A DNA stretch of 64,000 nucleotides from Polyangiaceae bacterium (GTDB lineage Bacteria > Myxococcota_A > Polyangia > Polyangiales > Polyangiaceae), in contig CBDCTZ010000015.1 of NCBI GenBank assembly GCA_965222375.1, positions 928,001-992,000 on the forward strand, in the 5' to 3' direction. Each line of letters begins with the position of its first letter. The stretch's first letter is position 1. Under the pieces are notes generated by a model. It had not been told where the DNA came from. It ran no database searches and saw only the letters and a program-made list of their open reading frames with translations. Both the position numbers and the translations under genes were made by a program. This document shows, in pieces, positions 8,409 to 18,149 of this stretch.

Positions 8409-9752
8409 ATGCATACTGCCGAAGGATCGCAGCAGATGGCCGAACTTGACCCCATGAGCTTCGATCGCGCGCTATCCAGCGCGGCTCGAAACGGTGTCGC
8501 TTTCTTGCGAAGCCTGCAAACGGGAGCTCCTGGAGCCGCCGACGAACTCGCTCGGGCCCTCGAGCACGTGGCGAATAGCGAGGCCTTGCACTGGGTCAGG
8601 GAGTTGCCGGCGGAGGATGCAACACGAGTTCCAGCTCTGCGATGGCTACATTGCCTGATTGATTTGCGAGTGAATGCACGAGCCGTTTCGGAAGTAGCAC
8701 GCGTCTACCGCCGCGTGCGCCACTCTCTGGAAGCACCCGCCAAGGCGCTGCTGTCGGTTCACGAAATGGTCACGCGCGCCCTCTCCGAGCCCGGACGGCG
8801 CGAGGAGTGGCTCCGCGCCGTCCAAGACAATGGCCGGCAAGTGCAGGACGCGAGCCATCTGCTCTGGGAACGCCGGGTCGAAGTTTCGAAGCGCATGGGC
8901 TTCGAGTCCCCCCAGGACATCGCCCCCGCCCCCGGGCTGGCCCTGGCGTCCCATCTGGCGGCAACCACCGAGATATTGGAACACTCTGGCGCCGAGGACC
9001 TGGCATCATTTCTGGAGGTCGCCCTGGCCACCGGCGCGTCCGAAGGCTGGCCCGTCCATCTGAGCCCGCGTTCCTTGACCGCGTTTTTTGCCAGCGCCCC
9101 CTGGTTCGACGGCCTCAGACTCCGATTCGGGGGTCTGCCCCAGCGCATCGCCCCGGCAAGCTTTCTGCGAGGCCTGGGTCAATTGGGGGGCCTGTTTTTC
9201 GAGGCCTGCGCCTCTGACGCCCTTCCGTTCAGCCTGTCTCGGGACCCCTATGGCTTGGGAAATCAGACCTCGGGCGCGCTCTTCGTGTGGATGGGCATTT
9301 CCACATCCTTTCTCCGCCGAAATCTCAGCCAGGGGCCGGACCGAGCCCGGGAGCACCGCCGCGCGCTGGCGCGGGCAGTATTACTCGAGTCCCGAGCAGC
9401 TGCCCTCAGGTGTCGGCTGTCACGACTGACCCAAGAGGGTCGCGACTCCTTCAGCCGCGGATTCGAAGAGCACTGTCACAGTATGTTGGGCTTTGCACTT
9501 CCGCCGCGCTTCGGTTTGGTGCTGATGCGGCCGCGGGTCGACGCCGATCAACGCTACTTGGGTCTATTGCTCGCAGCCTCGGCCTACCAACGACTGCGGG
9601 ACCAACATGACGAAGACTTCTACAGGAATCCCCGCGCCGTGGAGCAACTACGTGGGGAAGCTCGACTTGCAGCGCCTTGCGCCGTCAGCCCCGAGCAAAT
9701 CGACTCCGGCCTTGCCGACATGCGGCGGCTGCTCCTCGAGTACCTTGACTGA
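8409..9752 (+). CDS. Hypothetical protein, possibly M3-peptidase-like fold lacking HExxH
   Basis: 447-aa ORF; C-terminal LRDQHDEDFYRNPRA resembles M3-like proteins as I recall them; no HExxH motif. Confidence 0.7.
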   Translation: MHTAEGSQQMAELDPMSFDRALSSAARNGVAFLRSLQTGAPGAADELARALEHVANSEALHWVRELPAEDATRVPALRWLHCLIDLRVNARAVSEVARVYRRVRHSLEAPAKALLSVHEMVTRALSEPGRREEWLRAVQDNGRQVQDASHLLWERRVEVSKRMGFESPQDIAPAPGLALASHLAATTEILEHSGAEDLASFLEVALATGASEGWPVHLSPRSLTAFFASAPWFDGLRLRFGGLPQRIAPASFLRGLGQLGGLFFEACASDALPFSLSRDPYGLGNQTSGALFVWMGISTSFLRRNLSQGPDRAREHRRALARAVLLESRAAALRCRLSRLTQEGRDSFSRGFEEHCHSMLGFALPPRFGLVLMRPRVDADQRYLGLLLAASAYQRLRDQHDEDFYRNPRAVEQLRGEARLAAPCAVSPEQIDSGLADMRRLLLEYLD

Positions 9753-9759
9753 ACGGGCG

Positions 9760-10782
9760 TCAGAAGGTGTCGGCCGCGGAGGGCGTTAGCCCGGATGCTT
9801 CCACGTGATAGGTGAAGCCGAATAGAATCGCGGTGGCCTGGTCGCCGGACACGATGCGCCGAACGGCGACCTCGGCGCTGAACGCCCGATCGATATAGCC
9901 CACACCCCCACTGATGGCGTGATTTTCCGCGCCGTCGTCGTAGCGGTAGCCGAGGCGGATTGGGTAGTTGTCGGCAAGCAAGAGCTCGCCGCCGCCCATG
10001 GCGCGGACTTTGGTGGTGTCCCAAGTCGTAAAGTCGCTGACCACATCGGCTTCGATGGTGAACTCATCGGACCCGACCCCCACTCCTCCGCCGACACTGG
10101 AAGGCTGGAACCCATGCCCTGGGTTGTTCAAGTTGTTGCCCACAATCGAGATCGCGAAGGACTTGGAGGGTCGTATTGTCGCTCCGGCATCGAAGGCGAA
10201 GCCGCGCACGATGTTCTCGTCCTCCAGACCACCACTGACCAGGCTTTCGCCCAAAGGCCCCAATCCATCCTGCCGTAGCCACAAATAGCGTCCGCCAATG
10301 CCGAGAAAGAACTGGTCCGAGAACGGAAACGCGAACGCAAACCGCAGGTCGGTTGCGCGTCGATCGATGCCGTCGGGATCCTGCAACGTCCAGGTACCAC
10401 CGATACCGCCAGCGACGCGCGCACTGCTCACGATGGAGTCGACAGCGGCGCCGCCATAGCTCTGGCGTCCAGCCTCTGGCCAGATCTGCGCAATTGCACC
10501 CAGATGGTAGATTCGGCTGGCGACCATGTTGGCCGGGTTGATGAACAAAGCCGACACCGAGTTGCTGTACGCTCGGAGCGCGCCGCCCATCGCAGCGCTG
10601 CGCGGCGTTTCGATCTCACCGTAGTTCCAACCGATTTCCGGCGGCAGGTCACTCCGTTCCGCAACTGCAGTCGTCGTTAGGGTCAGAGCGGCAAGTAGCG
10701 CGTACGCAGAAACGGTTGTGCGCGCCGCACGCGTCGTACACGCGATAGTCCGGTCCGTTTTCGGTCGAGGTCGCCCTAACAC
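9760..10782 (-). CDS. Outer-membrane beta-barrel protein (FadL/PorV-like); start uncertain
   Basis: Signal peptide, RSAAMGGA..ALFINPA motif, alternating beta strands. Confidence 0.75.
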   Translation of the reverse strand: MLGRPRPKTDRTIACTTRAARTTVSAYALLAALTLTTTAVAERSDLPPEIGWNYGEIETPRSAAMGGALRAYSNSVSALFINPANMVASRIYHLGAIAQIWPEAGRQSYGGAAVDSIVSSARVAGGIGGTWTLQDPDGIDRRATDLRFAFAFPFSDQFFLGIGGRYLWLRQDGLGPLGESLVSGGLEDENIVRGFAFDAGATIRPSKSFAISIVGNNLNNPGHGFQPSSVGGGVGVGSDEFTIEADVVSDFTTWDTTKVRAMGGGELLLADNYPIRLGYRYDDGAENHAISGGVGYIDRAFSAEVAVRRIVSGDQATAILFGFTYHVEASGLTPSAADTF

Positions 10783-11265
10783 TCGGGCCAGTGCTAGCGA
10801 AGGACAACCGCACTGGGCAACAAAACGACGTGACAGAAATGTTTCCGCGAGACCGAAACCGCTCGTTGCCTCTTGACTTCCAAAATCGCCGGAGTTGACG
10901 CTGCAAGAGAACTGCGCGCAGCCCGCGGCTTGAGATAACTCATTGTGTCCGTAGGGTTACGAACGTGTGGCGATGACTGAGTAGCTCAAGTGCCCACGCG
11001 CGGGCCAAGTTTTCACTTGACCCAGCTGTTTTGATGCCGAATTCGCAAACAAAAAAAACGCGGGTTGAAACCTGCGCGCGACCGGTGGTAGCTGCCTGGA
11101 TTGTCGCTTCGGCGTAACCTTCGCCAACGCGACAAAGGCTCGGGAGGGAAACCTCACGCGCCGGGACATCTTCGGACATGCACTGCCCACTTCGCCAGCA
11201 AGGGGGCAACCGGGGTCAGCCCCCGGCCGGTTGGGTCACTTGGCGACCGGAACCACTAGACGGGG

Positions 11266-11286
11266 TTGTCCACAGGTTGTGGATAA
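11266..11286. promoter_or_regulatory. Pair of inverted DnaA boxes upstream of dnaA
   Basis: TTGTCCACA (11266-11274) and perfect TGTGGATAA (11278-11286). Confidence 0.85.
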
Positions 11287-11305
11287 CTTGGGGGGAATCG
11301 TCTCC

Positions 11306-12757
11306 GTGATCACTGAACCGCAAAGCGCCTACGACACGTCGACGGAAATGCAGGGGTATTCGAAAGAAATGGAAGTCTGGCAGCAGGCAATCGACCAGAC
11401 GCGCGAACGGTCCCCAGCATCGTTCGAGCAGTGGTTTTCGAGTGTTCAGATAGATGGTCTCCGGGACAATGTCCTAAACCTAGTCGCACGAGACGAATTC
11501 GTGCGGGACTGGGTGAAGACTCATTTCCTTCCCGATCTGGTGTCGAATCTAGAACGAGCCCTGGGAGGGCCAGTCAACGTGAAGTGGCGCATCTCGTCCC
11601 AGATCGAATCGCCCGTGTGCAATCCGAAGCCCGCGCGCTCGCGCCGCTCCCGCCTGTCCGCGACGCCTGGGTCCGAGCCCCGCTCCGGCCCCGTTGGCAT
11701 GGCCCCCGCTGAACGCGCACGGCTAGCGGCTTTCCTCAATCCCAAACACACCTTCAGCAATTTCGTTGTCGGACCGTCGAACGAGCTGGCCTATGCAGCC
11801 GCCCTGGCCTCCGCGGGTGGCGCCGGCCCCCGCTACAACCCGCTGTTCATCGCTGGGGGCACCGGGCTGGGCAAGACCCACTTGATGCACGCCATCGCCC
11901 ACAAGCTACTCGAGGAGCGTCCAGAAGCGCGCGTGGCGTACGTCTCGGCGGAGCATTTCACCAACGAGTTCATCGAAGCCCTGCAACACCACAAGATGGA
12001 CGAATTCCGAACTCGTTACCGTCAGCAGTGTGATCTCTTCCTTTTGGACGACATTCAGTTCCTGGCAGGCCGCGAGCAAACCCAGGAAGAGTTCTTCCAC
12101 ACCTTCAACGCTCTGCGCGACGCCGACAAACCCATCGTGGTGACGAGCGACAAATACCCACAGCAACTGGCGCGCATGCCTGAGCGTCTGGTGTCCCGTT
12201 TCACTTCCGGCCTGGTCGCGGACATTCAAGTGCCACAGCTGGAGACCCGAGTGGCCATCGTACGCAAGAAGGCCAACATCGAGTCCATCCCACTGTCCGA
12301 CGAGGTCGCGGTGCTGCTGGCACAGACGGTGAAGAGCAACGTGCGTGAGCTGGAAGGCGCATTAATCCGCTTGGCGGCCAAGAGTTCGCTGACCGGTCGC
12401 CCCATCGACGAAACCTTCGCGCTGGAAGAGCTGATGCGAGTAGCGCCAACCCGGCCGGACCGCATGAGCGTCGAGGACATTCAGCGAGTCGTATGCACGC
12501 ATTTCCACCTGTCCAACGCCGAACTGCTCTCGAAAGACCGCCACAAGTCCGTCGCCTTCGCCCGACAGGTCGCCATGTACCTGTGCCGCCAGCGCCTCAA
12601 GTGCAGCTTCCCCGAGCTGGGCCGCGCCTTCGGCAACCGCGACCACACCACCGTGATGAGCGCCGTGCGCCGCGTGGAAAAGCTCCGCGCCAACGACCCC
12701 CAAGTCAACGCGCACCTCGAAGCCATCGAGCAACAGCTCGCCTCCTCCGACGACTGA
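11306..12757 (+). CDS. dnaA: Chromosomal replication initiator DnaA
   Basis: FSNFVVGPSN, YNPLFIAGGTGLGKTHL, LLDDIQF, QEEFFHTFN and RDHTTV motifs; GTG start after GGGGGA. Confidence 0.98.
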   Translation: MITEPQSAYDTSTEMQGYSKEMEVWQQAIDQTRERSPASFEQWFSSVQIDGLRDNVLNLVARDEFVRDWVKTHFLPDLVSNLERALGGPVNVKWRISSQIESPVCNPKPARSRRSRLSATPGSEPRSGPVGMAPAERARLAAFLNPKHTFSNFVVGPSNELAYAAALASAGGAGPRYNPLFIAGGTGLGKTHLMHAIAHKLLEERPEARVAYVSAEHFTNEFIEALQHHKMDEFRTRYRQQCDLFLLDDIQFLAGREQTQEEFFHTFNALRDADKPIVVTSDKYPQQLARMPERLVSRFTSGLVADIQVPQLETRVAIVRKKANIESIPLSDEVAVLLAQTVKSNVRELEGALIRLAAKSSLTGRPIDETFALEELMRVAPTRPDRMSVEDIQRVVCTHFHLSNAELLSKDRHKSVAFARQVAMYLCRQRLKCSFPELGRAFGNRDHTTVMSAVRRVEKLRANDPQVNAHLEAIEQQLASSDD

Positions 12758-12816
12758 TCCCGCGCCGCGCAGCGGGATGGTTGTGGGTTGAACGGCTTGA
12801 GTCATTGATGTTCTTG

Positions 12817-12825
12817 TGTGGATGA
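12817..12825 (-). promoter_or_regulatory. Near-consensus DnaA box downstream of dnaA
   Basis: TGTGGATGA, one mismatch to TGTGGATAA. Confidence 0.4.
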
Positions 12826-12876
12826 AACGGATGTTTCGGAACGCGGGACCGGTTGTGCGACCCAAGCTGCGGCTTT

Positions 12877-13551
12877 CTACTTGACTTTGGCTTCCGCGGT
12901 TTCGGTGCCAAAGATCCCGGGGCGATCGCTCTTGACGACCACCGGGGGCAGCGGAACACCGGGGTGCGGGTGGCGTTCGGGCAAAGTGCCGACTCGAGTG
13001 GCCAGGTGGATGCTGAGGGCGTCGATGACCTCCCCGGCGGCATTACCTAGCTGACTGCCATACGGGAAGCTGGCGCGAGAAGTCGATTCACTGGCGCCGG
13101 AAGCGATCGGGATCCCGCCGCGCACCAGCTTCCAACGCAGCTCGCCTCGAGCCGCCCAGCCGGGTCCTTCGGGACCGGGAGGCGCTGGGCTGAGGTCCGC
13201 GGAGACCAGCAGCAGGTAGTCCAACTTCTCGAGTTCGTCACCCTTGCCCTTGACTGCCACCTGCGAAAAGGCCGGCCACAAGGTCGTCTCGAGGCTTCGC
13301 TGCAGAGCAGCGTGCACACCCACGAAGCACAGCGGGCGAGCCGAACCGTCATCGGTGCATTGGCGGTCCTCGGTGTAACCGTCGAAGGCGATCCAGAGGC
13401 GCCCGCTGTGGTGCACCATGTCCACCGGAGGGGGCGGCAACTGCGCGTTCGTGACGCGCGCGGCATGCTGGTGGGTGCACGCGGCGGTAGCGAGGAGCGC
13501 TGACAAGGCAAGGCTCGAAACGAATCGGTTCACGAATCGCAGGCTATCCAT
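12877..13551 (-). CDS. Hypothetical lipoprotein
   Basis: MDSLRFVNRFVSSLALSALLATAAC lipobox. Confidence 0.75.
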   Translation of the reverse strand: MDSLRFVNRFVSSLALSALLATAACTHQHAARVTNAQLPPPPVDMVHHSGRLWIAFDGYTEDRQCTDDGSARPLCFVGVHAALQRSLETTLWPAFSQVAVKGKGDELEKLDYLLLVSADLSPAPPGPEGPGWAARGELRWKLVRGGIPIASGASESTSRASFPYGSQLGNAAGEVIDALSIHLATRVGTLPERHPHPGVPLPPVVVKSDRPGIFGTETAEAKVK

Positions 13552-13711
13552 GAGGGCGGGACCTGGCCCAATTTCAGCCGCATAGCCCGACACTAGATCT
13601 CAGCATATTTGTCAAAAATATCAAATATTTATAGGCTTGCTCCGACGAGCAATCCAGGTGTGTACGATCCAAGGCCGGTAGGGGTCAACCTGGGGACAAA
13701 TAGTTGAAAAC

Positions 13712-13740
13712 CTGACAAGTCCCGCAGGCATACCTATATT
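13712..13740 (+). promoter_or_regulatory. sigma70-like promoter CTGACA-N17-TATATT, probably leaderless
   Basis: -10 box ends 6 nt before the ATG at 13747; no Shine-Dalgarno. Confidence 0.6.
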
Positions 13741-13746
13741 TCCTTC

Positions 13747-13956
13747 ATGTCAAACATCCGCCACATCCATCAGTACATGACGGATCGCCGGCGGGTTCTG
13801 CTGAAGGACGGGCGCGTCGGCCGAATTGTCCGCGTCGATACGCACTACCCGAAGCGGAGCACTACGGTGTCCGTATGGACCGGCGATGGCCCTGGCATTG
13901 CCAAGGTCGATATCAAAGCCGTCGTCGGCCCCGCGCCCAAAGCGAAAACTGCGTAA
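13747..13956 (+). CDS. Small basic beta-rich protein (69 aa), possibly SH3-like
   Basis: Own promoter, GC3-biased codons, VLLKDGRVGRIVRVD pattern. Confidence 0.75.
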   Translation: MSNIRHIHQYMTDRRRVLLKDGRVGRIVRVDTHYPKRSTTVSVWTGDGPGIAKVDIKAVVGPAPKAKTA

Positions 13957-13998
13957 AAAGGGGGCGCTTTTTGCAACCGGCGCCCGAGCCAAATGGCT

Positions 13999-14125
13999 CG
14001 CGGCGCCGGAGACGCGTTGTGTACCCGGGTTGCAGCTCGAGGATAGCCGCCTCACGGGGCCCAGGGATGCTTTGGCGTTCCGCGGCCGCTCGCCGGAACG
14101 CACAACCGCGGCGCCGGAGACGCGT
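13999..14125 (+). repeat. 19-bp direct repeat CGCGGCGCCGGAGACGCGT, two copies 108 bp apart
   Basis: Copies at 13999-14017 and 14107-14125, each followed by CTCACGGG(G)CCC. Confidence 0.8.
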
Positions 14126-14213
14126 CTACGCCCTTCGCAACTCACGGGCCCCGAGTCGAAGTAGAGCGGCGCTGGAGCGTGAAGGGGAATGAACAGGAGC
14201 GGCACATCGGGAA

Positions 14214-17200
14214 TCAGTTCGGGTCGAGGGTCTCGAGGGCCTTGGCGCAATCCCTGGCCAAAACCTGGTTGTCCGAGCCGATGGCCAAGTTGCGGGCCGA
14301 CGTCAGCTCTCGGCGCGCCGCAGCTGACTGGCCTTGAGAGGCCAGCAAGCGACCCAACAGGTACCGCGCACTCACCACATCCCAAACCCACTTCTGGGAG
14401 TCGGCCTTGACGATGCAACGCGCCAGCACGTCCGCGGATTGCTTATCGCCCTTGAGCGCTCTCAGGTACGCCATCATCGCCGAATTGAGATTCACCAGCC
14501 GTTCGGAACCGATTTCCTCTGCGAGCGCTCGACTGGCGCCAAGCACCGCGTAGGCCCGAGCGTTTTCCCCGAGGCGCAGCAGGGAGTCACCCTGGTTGTG
14601 CAAGTTCACTGAGGCCTCGTGAACCAATCCTGACTTGCGGGCCTGCTCTGCCGCCAACTCGGAAATTCGGGCGCATTCCTGCCAATCGCCCCGAAACCCA
14701 GCGATCAAGGCGCGCACCTTGTCCCGTTCACCCGCGAGGACGACGTCATCCGCGGGCACGAGTTCCGCCGCCGCGTCGCAGGCGAGCAAAGCGTCGTCCA
14801 GGTGACCGGCCCCCGCGCGGGCCATCGCCGTGGCGACGAAGAAGCGGTGTTCGTCCAGGGCGTCGCCGGGTGGGAGCTGACCTGCACGCTCCAGGGCAAC
14901 CTCCGCGTTCTTGACCTCACCTTGCCGAATCGAAAGCTCTGCGTCGACGAGCAGCGCGCTCCGAGCCAGGTCGGGCCATGTGGAAGCCGTGTCAGCCGCG
15001 CGCTGCAAGAGCCGGCGCGCTTCTTTGTAGCGATGCAATGCTCCCAGACTCACGGCAAGGTCGATCTCGATCGCACCGCGCAAGCGGCCGTCGATGTTTT
15101 TGTCTAACACCAGCCAACCACTGAGCTTGCGAACCAAATCGTGCAGCCCTTCACCAGCGCGCACGTGACGGAGAGCGTTGCTCAGGGCGTTGACCCATTC
15201 GCCGATCTGGACCGCGCCACGCTGAGTCAAGTCGGTCAGGGACAGGGCACGCATCAGATGACGTGACGCAATGTCCAGGCGGCGCTCATTCGCGTGGAAC
15301 AGGCCGCTGGTCGCGTAGAACCCGGAGGCGCGGTCGCTCTGCCCGGCTTCCGCTAGGTGATAGCCGATCAGGGAGGACTGCTCTTCAGTCCGGACCCCGA
15401 GCACCACCTGGAACGCGTCCGCGGCTCGGGTGTGCAACTCCTGGGCACGCTCCGCGTCGAGGTCCGACAACACGACCTCCCGAACCAGTTGGGATCCAAA
15501 GGTCACGTGAGTGGTGCCCTGGGGCACGAGGAGCTCTCGCTGGACCAAGCCATCCACCAGCTGGTGCACGATACCCAAGGGAAGTTCGACGACGCTGGCG
15601 ACGACCGCCAAGTCCGCTGGTGGTTCCAGAATGCCGGCCGCAACCAAGAGCCCGCGCTCGGCGTCTGGCAGGCGGTGCAGGCGATCCGCGATCAGCATCC
15701 TGAGAGAGCGGGGCACGGTCAGGGCCGCGCTCTTCTCAAACAGCGTGACACGGCCCTCCTGCACCACTAACGCCTTGGATGCGAGTGCCTCCCGCAGCAG
15801 CTCTTCAGCGAACATCGGATGTCCACCCACCCGCTCCAGCAGGAATCGTTGCAAGGTTGATGGCAGCTCTTCTTCGACGCCGAGTCGCAACGCGGCCAGG
15901 CGGAGCGCATCTTCTTTCTCTAGATCACCCAGGGTGATCTCGACGACTTCGCTCCGGGCAAGCAGCCGCTCGGGCTCTTTGCGTCGCCCCGCAAGCACGA
16001 TAGCTGCTCGAGAACGCTCGAGGCGGTCCATGGCGACCTCGATGGCACGTGCGCTTTCCGCGTCCAGTTCGTGAGCGTCGTCCCAAGCCAACACGTGGAG
16101 CCGCTCGGCGCAGAGGGATGTGAGGGCGCGGGCTAGGGCCATTTCCACCACGTGGGGGGCGGCGGCCGGCCCCGCGCCGAGCAACCCCAGCAGGGCTTGG
16201 GTCTCTTCGTCCACCAGGCCCAGCGCGCGCAGCCTGGGTTCAACCACCAAAACGCCATCCAGCGCGTCGCCGTCCCGAACCCCCGTGAGAGCGCGCAACA
16301 TGGCCGTCACGCCGCTCCAGGGCACATCGCTGCCCCGGGGCGGACAGGTCGCCACGTAGGCTCCCACGTTCAGCCGCGCTTGCGCCAGTCGCCGAATGGC
16401 GGCATTCAGCAGCCGCGTCTTCCCGATGCCATGAGGTCCGAGCAGTGAGACGACGCGGAGGCCACCCCGAGACGCGGCGCCGAGCTCTTTGGCAAGGGTA
16501 CGCAGTTCGGAGCGCCTACCGACGAACGGCCCCGGGGGAGGCGTCTGCGCGGGTTCGTCCAGAAACACGTACTTCAAGCTGGGGCCCCGTCGCACCGGGA
16601 AGACTTCCCGCAGTCGGTCTGCCGCCCCCCGACTGGCCAACAGGCGACCTACATGGCCACTGGGGATCTGTTGCAGCACGTCCAGCAGGGGCTGCCTAGC
16701 GTGGTCGTCCAGTTGGCCATCTCGAACCACGGCCGTGGCGGTGCCAAGAACGGCAGCCGGCTCCGCGAGGGGCCCGACGGCACGCAGCATGACGAGCCCC
16801 GCACGGGCGGCGTTGTCGGCGTCGCGGGTGTCCCCGGGGTCCAGACCGAAAACAAAGTGCAGGCCTCGCGAGTCCGCCTCCAGCTCCCGACCCCCGTAGC
16901 GCAGTGCAACGCCCCGGGCCCGGATGCGGACCGCTTCAGCACGACCTGCCCCCGCCTGAAACGCGAGAGAAAGCACGCTGACCTCGCGCTCGTTGGGCAG
17001 GGTGCCCAAGGAGTGCAGCGTCTCAGCGGACACATCTTCGATTTCGGCTTCCAGCGGTCTGGAAGATGGCGCGAGTTCTTCAGGCTCGATCTCCTCCAAG
17101 ACCTCTTCAACAGGCGGCAACGTCACGGGCCGGGCGCGGAGATCGACGTTCTCCAACCAGTCTCCCAGCTCGGAGCTGCCGAAACGCGCACCAAGGGCGT

Positions 17201-18068
17201 AGGAAAGCGTGAGCAGCTCTTCGTAGAATCTCGCTGCCGATTCGTGGCGGTGCGCCGGCTCTCGTTCGAGACAGCGGTGTACCAGCGTTGCCACTTCCGT
17301 CGCGACGCCGGGCTGGACTTCGTCCAACCGTGGGGCACCACCGGCAACGATCGCTGCGCTGAGCTCGTGTCCGCTGGAGGCCACGTAGGGCGGCTGGGCA
17401 GCCAGCATGCGGTACAGCAGGGCCCCTAACGCATAGATGTCGCTTGCGGGCGTGGCCGGCTCGCCCCCTAGCAGCTCGGGGCTCAAGAAGGGAAGTTTGT
17501 TGCTCAGTCCCTCGGCAGCAGCTTGGCGCTGGGAGAGGGGACCTAGGGTCGCCTGGGCAACACAGAAATCGCTCACCTTGACTTCGCCCTCGAAGCTCAA
17601 GAGCAAGTCCGAAGGAGACAGGGTTCCGTGAACGATTCCCAGGGCGCCACCATCTGCGTCCTGACGCCGATGGGCGTGCTCGAGCGCCTTGGCCGCCTCA
17701 CCCACGAGGAACAGCGACAGGTTCAACGGCAGCGGCTCCGCGCCCACCCTGGAGCGCAAAACCGATTGCAGATCCACCCCAGCAACGTACTCCCCCGCTA
17801 GGAAGTACTTTGTTTCGGCTGCGCTCTCTTCGTGCCCGAGGTCGAAGTACTGCGCAATGTTGGCGTGGCTCAAACGAATCGCTCGCTTGGCTTGCTGCAC
17901 GAAGGCTGCGACGAAGTCGGGATTGGCCGCCAGTTCGGGGAAAACCCGCTTGACCACGATAGTCTTCTCGAACCCCTCCACTCCAAAGCTCTTGGCCTTG
18001 AAGACCTCGCCCCACACCCCGCCCCCGAGGCGTTCAAGCAACGTGTAGCGCCCGAGGTTTTCCACCAT
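14214..18068 (-). CDS. Pseudokinase + degenerate class III cyclase-like domain + STAND/AAA ATPase + TPR protein
   Basis: Kinase fold with HGT in place of HRD and DFC in place of DFG; FVGR..GPHGIGKT Walker A; WDDAH Walker B; GGHPMFAEE; C-terminal TPRs. Confidence 0.9.
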   Translation of the reverse strand: MVENLGRYTLLERLGGGVWGEVFKAKSFGVEGFEKTIVVKRVFPELAANPDFVAAFVQQAKRAIRLSHANIAQYFDLGHEESAAETKYFLAGEYVAGVDLQSVLRSRVGAEPLPLNLSLFLVGEAAKALEHAHRRQDADGGALGIVHGTLSPSDLLLSFEGEVKVSDFCVAQATLGPLSQRQAAAEGLSNKLPFLSPELLGGEPATPASDIYALGALLYRMLAAQPPYVASSGHELSAAIVAGGAPRLDEVQPGVATEVATLVHRCLEREPAHRHESAARFYEELLTLSYALGARFGSSELGDWLENVDLRARPVTLPPVEEVLEEIEPEELAPSSRPLEAEIEDVSAETLHSLGTLPNEREVSVLSLAFQAGAGRAEAVRIRARGVALRYGGRELEADSRGLHFVFGLDPGDTRDADNAARAGLVMLRAVGPLAEPAAVLGTATAVVRDGQLDDHARQPLLDVLQQIPSGHVGRLLASRGAADRLREVFPVRRGPSLKYVFLDEPAQTPPPGPFVGRRSELRTLAKELGAASRGGLRVVSLLGPHGIGKTRLLNAAIRRLAQARLNVGAYVATCPPRGSDVPWSGVTAMLRALTGVRDGDALDGVLVVEPRLRALGLVDEETQALLGLLGAGPAAAPHVVEMALARALTSLCAERLHVLAWDDAHELDAESARAIEVAMDRLERSRAAIVLAGRRKEPERLLARSEVVEITLGDLEKEDALRLAALRLGVEEELPSTLQRFLLERVGGHPMFAEELLREALASKALVVQEGRVTLFEKSAALTVPRSLRMLIADRLHRLPDAERGLLVAAGILEPPADLAVVASVVELPLGIVHQLVDGLVQRELLVPQGTTHVTFGSQLVREVVLSDLDAERAQELHTRAADAFQVVLGVRTEEQSSLIGYHLAEAGQSDRASGFYATSGLFHANERRLDIASRHLMRALSLTDLTQRGAVQIGEWVNALSNALRHVRAGEGLHDLVRKLSGWLVLDKNIDGRLRGAIEIDLAVSLGALHRYKEARRLLQRAADTASTWPDLARSALLVDAELSIRQGEVKNAEVALERAGQLPPGDALDEHRFFVATAMARAGAGHLDDALLACDAAAELVPADDVVLAGERDKVRALIAGFRGDWQECARISELAAEQARKSGLVHEASVNLHNQGDSLLRLGENARAYAVLGASRALAEEIGSERLVNLNSAMMAYLRALKGDKQSADVLARCIVKADSQKWVWDVVSARYLLGRLLASQGQSAAARRELTSARNLAIGSDNQVLARDCAKALETLDPN

Positions 18069-18149
18069 CAACCCCCGAGCAAGTCGGTCATGGACGGCAC
18101 CCAAACACGGACCTCGGACCACCCGTGCCGCGGGCCGTGCTCACGCCAA

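Noticed and set aside
13826..14164. 112-aa ORF containing AAPETR twice
   Set aside because: Overlaps the better-supported 69-aa gene out of frame; the peptide repeat simply reflects the DNA direct repeat
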